This document shows positions 26,741 to 30,926 of a DNA stretch of 30,926 nt, in pieces. Every line of letters begins with the position of its first letter. The stretch's first letter is position 1. Location: positions 50,145 through 81,070 of the forward strand of contig JBBDYA010000111.1 of assembly GCA_040902005.1 (NCBI GenBank), read 5' to 3'. Position numbers and translations under genes: made by a program. This DNA comes from Gemmatimonadaceae bacterium (GTDB taxonomy: Bacteria; Gemmatimonadota; Gemmatimonadetes; Gemmatimonadales; Gemmatimonadaceae). A model generated the notes under the pieces. It worked only from the letters and a program-made list of their open reading frames with translations. It ran no database searches and was not told the DNA's origin.

Positions 26741-27155
26741 CCGTCCCCGACTGCCATTCTGTTGGCGGGAGCCACGCTGGCGCTCCGGCGGTAGCCTCGC
26801 GGAAGTAAGCCCTGACGCGTATGCCGGTGCCATCGTTGAGATCTATCAGACGCACTACGTCTGTGGCGACGGCGCGTTCGAACGTGTCCCGGAGCTCGAA
26901 CGTCAGTACCGCCGCTCGGGCCATCGCCTCGGCAGCGGCGGCCGACATATGGGCGGTATTGGGCGCTTGGTCAGCGGGAAGACGAGACAGCTGAGCCAGA
27001 GCATCGTGACCACCAACGGTCGCGAGTTCGCGAAGAACGTCGCTGACGTTCGCAAAGCCGTCGGTGGGATCCAATAGCCCGCCGGACCACAAACGGTTGG
27101 TCGGAAGGTCAACAAAACCTATTGGAGCACCCTGGTGCCAGACGCTATACCGCAC
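26721..27155 (-). CDS. Hypothetical cassette protein (GTG start)
   Basis: VRYSVWHQGAPIGFVDL...FELRD; begins just after the R' at 27187. Confidence 0.65.
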   Translation of the reverse strand: MRYSVWHQGAPIGFVDLPTNRLWSGGLLDPTDGFANVSDVLRELATVGGHDALAQLSRLPADQAPNTAHMSAAAAEAMARAAVLTFELRDTFERAVATDVVRLIDLNDGTGIRVRAYFREATAGAPAWLPPTEWQSGTDDDAGV

Positions 27156-27186
27156 GCGCAACCATCCTGGTACGTGGCATATCGGC

Positions 27187-27314
27187 GTCAAACGCGATTG
27201 CAGTTGAGCTGCGGCGAAGCAGCCAGGCGCTACGATGCACTAACGGTCGCGATTTCGCCAGCCAGTATACCGCAGGGCTTGCGGAGCGCCGGCAGCTCCA
27301 ACGGCCCGTCAGGC
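27187..27314 (-). repeat. attC site, complete (128 bp)
   Basis: Minus strand GCCTGAC GGGCC GTTGGAGC TGCCGGCG ... CGCCGCAGC TCAAC TGCAATCGC GTTTGAC. Two extrahelical bases; the DUF4260 stop lies in R''. Confidence 0.88.
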
Positions 27315-27698
27315 CGTCGGTGCAGCTCGGCCGACGGTGCCAAGATGAGTCTCACGGAATGCGCTGGAGAACTTCAGCCCCAGGCCGAGCGCACGGTCCA
27401 TCCCAATATGCGCGACCCAAATCAAGCTTAAAGCCCATAGCATCGCCGAAGATGCAAAGTATGCGCAGGTCGCGAGCATGGCTGGAGCAAGATAGGAATG
27501 GAAGGCGTTGTAGACTGCCGCGCCCACTCGGGGCCCGGCTGCGTACGCGACCATTGCGACGTCGGGGAGGAGCAGGGCCACGCCGAAAAGCACCCAGGAC
27601 TCACCGAGGGCGGAATACCCTGTGACCGATGCGAGCAGCACCGCGAGGGCCTCGAGCCGGAGCAATAGTCGAGGCGTTCCAGAAACAGGCGTATTCAT
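27309..27698 (-). CDS. DUF4260 membrane protein
   Basis: LLRLEALAVL...LPDV...GPRVGAAVYNAFH...HIGMDRALGLGLK...THLG. Confidence 0.85.
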   Translation of the reverse strand: MNTPVSGTPRLLLRLEALAVLLASVTGYSALGESWVLFGVALLLPDVAMVAYAAGPRVGAAVYNAFHSYLAPAMLATCAYFASSAMLWALSLIWVAHIGMDRALGLGLKFSSAFRETHLGTVGRAAPTA

Positions 27699-27716
27699 GG
27701 GATCAGGGTGACCTCG

Positions 27717-28133
27717 TCAGGGGCGGCCAAACTCAACGGTGCGGACCTTGAGCGTGTCGGCTTCCTCCATCACGATCACAGTCACGGCCTCACTATACAC
27801 GTCGCCCCCGATGCTGATGTAAACCCATCCGACATCCGACGGTTGTTTGGCCGGCCAGGTCTCCATCGTGTGGCCAACTCCGACGGGACCCACCGTAGGC
27901 CAGTCAGTTGGGACAATGGCTTCAAATGCGGTTCGCATCTCATCGAGCGTGGTGTTGCGTTGGTAGTCACTCGAGGTCATGGCATAAGCGGTCGGATAGT
28001 CACGACCGGCCAGGGCACTGGCGAATTTGAGACCAACGCTCGAGTACTCAGGAACACGCGCGGAGCGCATCCGAGCCTCTCGATCCGAGCACGCCAGAAC
28101 GAGCACAGTAAGCAAGAGCGAGGCACGGAGCAT
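27717..28133 (-). CDS. Hypothetical lipoprotein
   Basis: Lipobox MLRASLLLTVLVLAC. Stop lies in CCCTGAC GAGGT, an R'' remnant. Confidence 0.7.
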   Translation of the reverse strand: MLRASLLLTVLVLACSDREARMRSARVPEYSSVGLKFASALAGRDYPTAYAMTSSDYQRNTTLDEMRTAFEAIVPTDWPTVGPVGVGHTMETWPAKQPSDVGWVYISIGGDVYSEAVTVIVMEEADTLKVRTVEFGRP

Positions 28134-28135
28134 TC

Positions 28136-28152
28136 TCAACTCCTCGTTAGGC
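28136..28152 (-). repeat. attC half-site (R''/L'') abutting the next start codon
   Basis: Minus strand GCCTAAC GAGGAGTTGA, then GA-ATG. Confidence 0.75.
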
Positions 28153-28162
28153 CCCGGGAGAA

Positions 28163-28435
28163 TCACAGTTTGGGTGCGATCGTGGCCGCGGCTTCGGCGG
28201 AAGTCATCGCAGGGACGACCTCAAAGTCGACGAGGTCGCGCCACTGCGCCATCCAAGAGTCGAGGAGCGTTGGGTCATTGCACTCCATGACTTGATAGCA
28301 ACAACGAAAGTCCTGTGACACCCAGCTGGACACGTAGCGAAGACCGTCTGGAGCCATGCGGCCGCGATCGCGGAACCGACGGTAAACCGACACCGCGTCC
28401 CCGTTCCGAAAGTGCTCGATGATTATATAGTGCAT
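28163..28435 (-). CDS. DUF3303 family protein
   Basis: YIIIEHF...VYRRFRDRGRM..DGL.YVSSW...W.DLVDFEVVP. Confidence 0.85.
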   Translation of the reverse strand: MHYIIIEHFRNGDAVSVYRRFRDRGRMAPDGLRYVSSWVSQDFRCCYQVMECNDPTLLDSWMAQWRDLVDFEVVPAMTSAEAAATIAPKL

Positions 28436-28457
28436 GACAGGAGGAGGAAGGTCGTCG

Positions 28458-28521
28458 GCCTAACGCGCCGGAGTCAGCGTGCCACCGAACAGCACTGGTC
28501 AGGTTCCACTCCTCGCGCGGC
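28458..28521 (-). repeat. attC site, shortened (64 bp)
   Basis: Plus strand GCCTAAC GCGCCGGAGTCAGC...GGTTCCACTCCTC GCGCGGC. Confidence 0.75.
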
Positions 28522-28527
28522 AGCGCG

Positions 28528-28749
28528 TTAACGCACCTTCCCCTGGACTCGCCATACTCCGATACCAATCAGAAGTAGGCTGGGCCAAAAGGTAAGCCAC
28601 GCAAGAATGCCGAGGAAAACCGGATTCGGATTCGGGTCCGCATAGAAGCCAAACCTTGCATAGATCAGGAAGCCCACAAGCGGGCCTGACCCAACGAGGA
28701 GCAGGATGAGGCCGATGCGAACAAACCAGGAACCAAAATAGCGTTTCAT
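28528..28749 (-). CDS. Small two-TM protein
   Basis: GSGPL...DPNPNPVFLGIL...FWPS; two TM helices. Confidence 0.75.
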   Translation of the reverse strand: MKRYFGSWFVRIGLILLLVGSGPLVGFLIYARFGFYADPNPNPVFLGILAWLTFWPSLLLIGIGVWRVQGKVR

Positions 28750-28771
28750 ATGTCGCGATGAATGCTCGTCT

Positions 28772-28796
28772 GCCTAGCGTATCAAGGGTAAGCTGC
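28772..28796 (-). repeat. attC half-site (L'/R' arm)
   Basis: Plus strand GCCTAGC GTATCAAGGGTAAGCTGC. Confidence 0.55.
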
Positions 28797-28835
28797 ATGA
28801 GTCCGGATTGATCGCCAAGAGGTCTGCGGTTCCTT

Positions 28836-29563
28836 TCACGATGTCTCCGAAAAGCGCGCTGCCGGCAGTGCATGCGGAGCGCGAGCCGTACGCACCAGAA
28901 ACCACTCGGTGCCCAGAAGCGTCAACCCCCAACCGACCCAGAGCGAGACGACGAATGTCGTCGCGGCCGAGTATCCCATCGGCGTCATGATCGGGTCGAG
29001 CACCGCCGCCGCGATCCGTACAGTCGTGATCCCCAGCCCGATCGCGAACGCCCGTGTCATCCAGACGCGATGAGTCTCTCGGTCGCGCTGCCGGATGGCG
29101 ACGAAACCGCGGATGATCGCATACAGGAACAGAACACCGACCAGAGCGATGACAAACGTCTCGGCCGGCCCCGCGAAACGGCATGACCAGGCCAAAATAC
29201 ATGCCGGCTAGTGCCATCACGATGCCGATCGTCACAAGCAGGCGGCCGGCCCACCTGTGGTATGCCAAGTAGCGCCGCCTGAGCGCGCTCGAGAACTGCA
29301 ACAGCCCAAAGACGAGATAGCCCGCGCCGAGAATCACATGCACGTAAGTCATGGCGGGATTCTCAGAATCGCACATCGACGGTGCGCACCAGGTCGGCCC
29401 GAGACGCGGCGCCAGGATCCGTCAGCCCCAATGCACCGAACGTTCGTTCTCGAATCGGTTCGACACGTGCTACGAGGTCATCGATGAAAACGGCACGCAA
29501 CATCCCCGAGGTCGCTCCGAGAATCGCGAAGGTGATCGCGATGCTCCAGATTGCTCGCTTCAT
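28836..29563 (-). pseudogene. DUF2306 membrane protein with two frameshifts (near 29365 and 29178)
   Basis: MKRAIW...VDVRF / ENPAMTYVHVILG...LQF...HRWAGR...VMPF / AGPAET...HRVWMTRAFAIGL...R, spread across three ORFs. Confidence 0.8.
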
Positions 29564-29768
29564 CCGACCACCCCGCGCCGGCGGAGGTGCCCCTCCCGTG
29601 GCAGGGCCAATGTGCCGTACGCGAGCTCGGATCGCGTCATTGTGTCGTCGTGAAGCAGAGCATGGTTGTGCACCAAGGGGCGAGCGGGATCAGCACGAAA
29701 GTGGAGGCGAGCGGCGCCTGAGCGTAATGAGTGCGCGGTATTCTGCTCCGCCGCCGCTGCGGACGCCA

Positions 29769-30707
29769 CTACGGGTGGATGAAATCGCGCACTTGATGGT
29801 AGTTGGCCTCCGTGAACATGCTGGCGTGCGTCAGGCACGCGGTCTGTGTGTTCTGCGCGCCAGAGAGCACCGTGCTTGACGGCGGGCTCACCAGATCGTC
29901 GCAGGCCGACCACCAGGTGGCATAGCGCACCTCGCCGGGCGTCTCGTCGCCGGCGTTGAGCAGGGTCAGGAAACTCGAGTTGGGCCGCATCTCGATGCAC
30001 GGCACCAGCGAACACAGGTTGGCGGTCGAGGTCCCATGATTGGGGCCGCTGATGGACGTCCAGGACTCGACCCATTCGGTGCCGCCCAGCTCCCTGAGGT
30101 AGTAGCGCGACGACAAGCTGCCCATCGAGAAGGAGACGATGTGGACCTGATCCCACCCGGTGGCCGCCCGCACGGAATCCACGTGGTTGTCGATGACCGC
30201 TGCGACTTGCGTGTTGGACACCGTGGAGCTGTAGGTCGCCGCAAGGAGTTCGCGCGAGTACCAGCCGTCGTTCCGGAAGCGCGTGATGACTGGCAGCCAA
30301 TCCTGCGACGAACCGTTGAGCCCGTGGATGAAGAGTATGGGACGTCGCCGGGTGGGAAAGGCGAGCGGCACCACGGACACTATCAACGAGTCGGCCAGCG
30401 ATCCATGAGTGGCGATGACCATGCTCTCCCCGGCGGCGCTGACCGGCTGCGCGGTGACCTCGCCGATGTTGGTGACGCCGAGGACGGCGGCGTCGGAAAC
30501 GCTCCACGAGACCGTGACGCCCGGCTTGACTCGACCGGCGACGTCGCGCACGACGGCCGTGAACTGCGCCTTGTCTCCAGACTCCAAGGCAACGACGGCG
30601 GCCTCGATCTCGACGGAGGCGGCCACGGTGTCGTCAAGCGACGGCCCGGCGGCGTCGCCACAGGCTTGCAGCGCGACGATCGCTGCAAGGAGAACCAGTC
30701 GCTTCAT
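29769..30707 (-). CDS. Lipoprotein with Ig-like (BIG2) domain and lipase/alpha-beta hydrolase domain
   Basis: Lipobox ALQAC; VSWSVSD..VLGV...G.VTA; PILFIHG, SFSMG nucleophile elbow, GPNHGT, D and H catalytic candidates. Confidence 0.85.
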   Translation of the reverse strand: MKRLVLLAAIVALQACGDAAGPSLDDTVAASVEIEAAVVALESGDKAQFTAVVRDVAGRVKPGVTVSWSVSDAAVLGVTNIGEVTAQPVSAAGESMVIATHGSLADSLIVSVVPLAFPTRRRPILFIHGLNGSSQDWLPVITRFRNDGWYSRELLAATYSSTVSNTQVAAVIDNHVDSVRAATGWDQVHIVSFSMGSLSSRYYLRELGGTEWVESWTSISGPNHGTSTANLCSLVPCIEMRPNSSFLTLLNAGDETPGEVRYATWWSACDDLVSPPSSTVLSGAQNTQTACLTHASMFTEANYHQVRDFIHP

Positions 30708-30842
30708 GGTGTCAGGCAGCACGACGCCTCGCGCGGTCTTCGCGTTCTTGGACTTGGTCCACGATGGGAGATGGCTACCCAATGCCTCGCGTCGTAAGCA
30801 AAGCGGTGCTCGATGATTCGGCCGAAGCCAGCGTGGAATACT

Positions 30843-30864
30843 CAGCTCCAACTGCCCGTCAGGT
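30843..30864 (-). repeat. attC half-site (R''/L'')
   Basis: Plus strand CAGCTCCAACTGCCCGTCAGGT, nearly identical to CAGCTCCAACGGCCCGTCAGGC at 27293-27314. Confidence 0.7.
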
Positions 30865-30926
30865 GGCGGGTGGGTATGGTCTATATAGATGGGTAACAGA
30901 ACACTCTAGAGACATCGGTAACACTC
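30859..30926 (-). CDS. Probable 3' end of the next cassette gene (partial)
   Basis: Open frame ...HLYRPYPPAT* whose TGA lies in the R'' box. Confidence 0.4.
   Translation of the reverse strand, partial: VLPMSLECSVTHLYRPYPPAT

Larger units (their letters stand above)
20226..30926 (-). mobile_element. Integron-type gene cassette array, eroded; integrase not in window
   Basis: About 20 co-oriented, mostly short and unrelated ORFs. Related attC-like sites are present, and several stop codons sit inside the R'' box. GC looks lower than in 1-14 kb. Confidence 0.8.

Noticed and set aside
25550..26833. 427-aa GT2-DUF4345 fusion protein
   Set aside because: Produced by a single frameshift. The GT2 C-terminus is in another frame and ends at an ATGA overlap with a separate DUF4345 gene.
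29564..29768. 200-bp gap between DUF2306 and the lipase as an attC or ncRNA
   Set aside because: No convincing arms or stable structure seen by eye.
20226..30926. CRISPR array interpretation of the recurring GCGCCGGAG / CTCCTCG motifs
   Set aside because: The repeats are degenerate, palindromic and separated by whole genes; no cas genes are present.
14541..30926. Integron integrase, transposase or toxin-antitoxin genes
   Set aside because: No tyrosine-recombinase, DDE or recognisable TA motifs in any ORF.

Overview
High-GC bacterial DNA; the gene content (several Hanks-type kinases, DUF4097, PCYCGC, DinB lipoprotein-type genes) suggests Gemmatimonadota, which is an inference. Positions 1-14.5 kb are intact chromosomal genes: a DUF4097-like protein, a large CARDB-type lipoprotein, three Ser/Thr kinases, a PCYCGC-like protein and a divergent ArsC-like / cyclodeaminase-chrB locus. 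At the left edge a minus-strand promoter, an unannotated Tyr-rich 28-aa leader peptide, an antiterminator and a terminator hairpin form a candidate tyrosine-sensing transcription attenuator; the regulated gene lies left of the window. From about 14.7 kb, and clearly from 20.2 kb to the right edge, there are about 25 co-oriented minus-strand genes, most of them short. Many are separated by complete, half or collapsed attC-like sites. This reads as an integron cassette array in advanced erosion, with frameshifts, an internally deleted minigene and attC arms apparently reused as ribosome-binding sites. An ABC transporter/esterase operon interrupts it. No integrase, tRNA, rRNA, CRISPR or transposase is visible. 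Family names come from motif recognition by eye, not from database searches.
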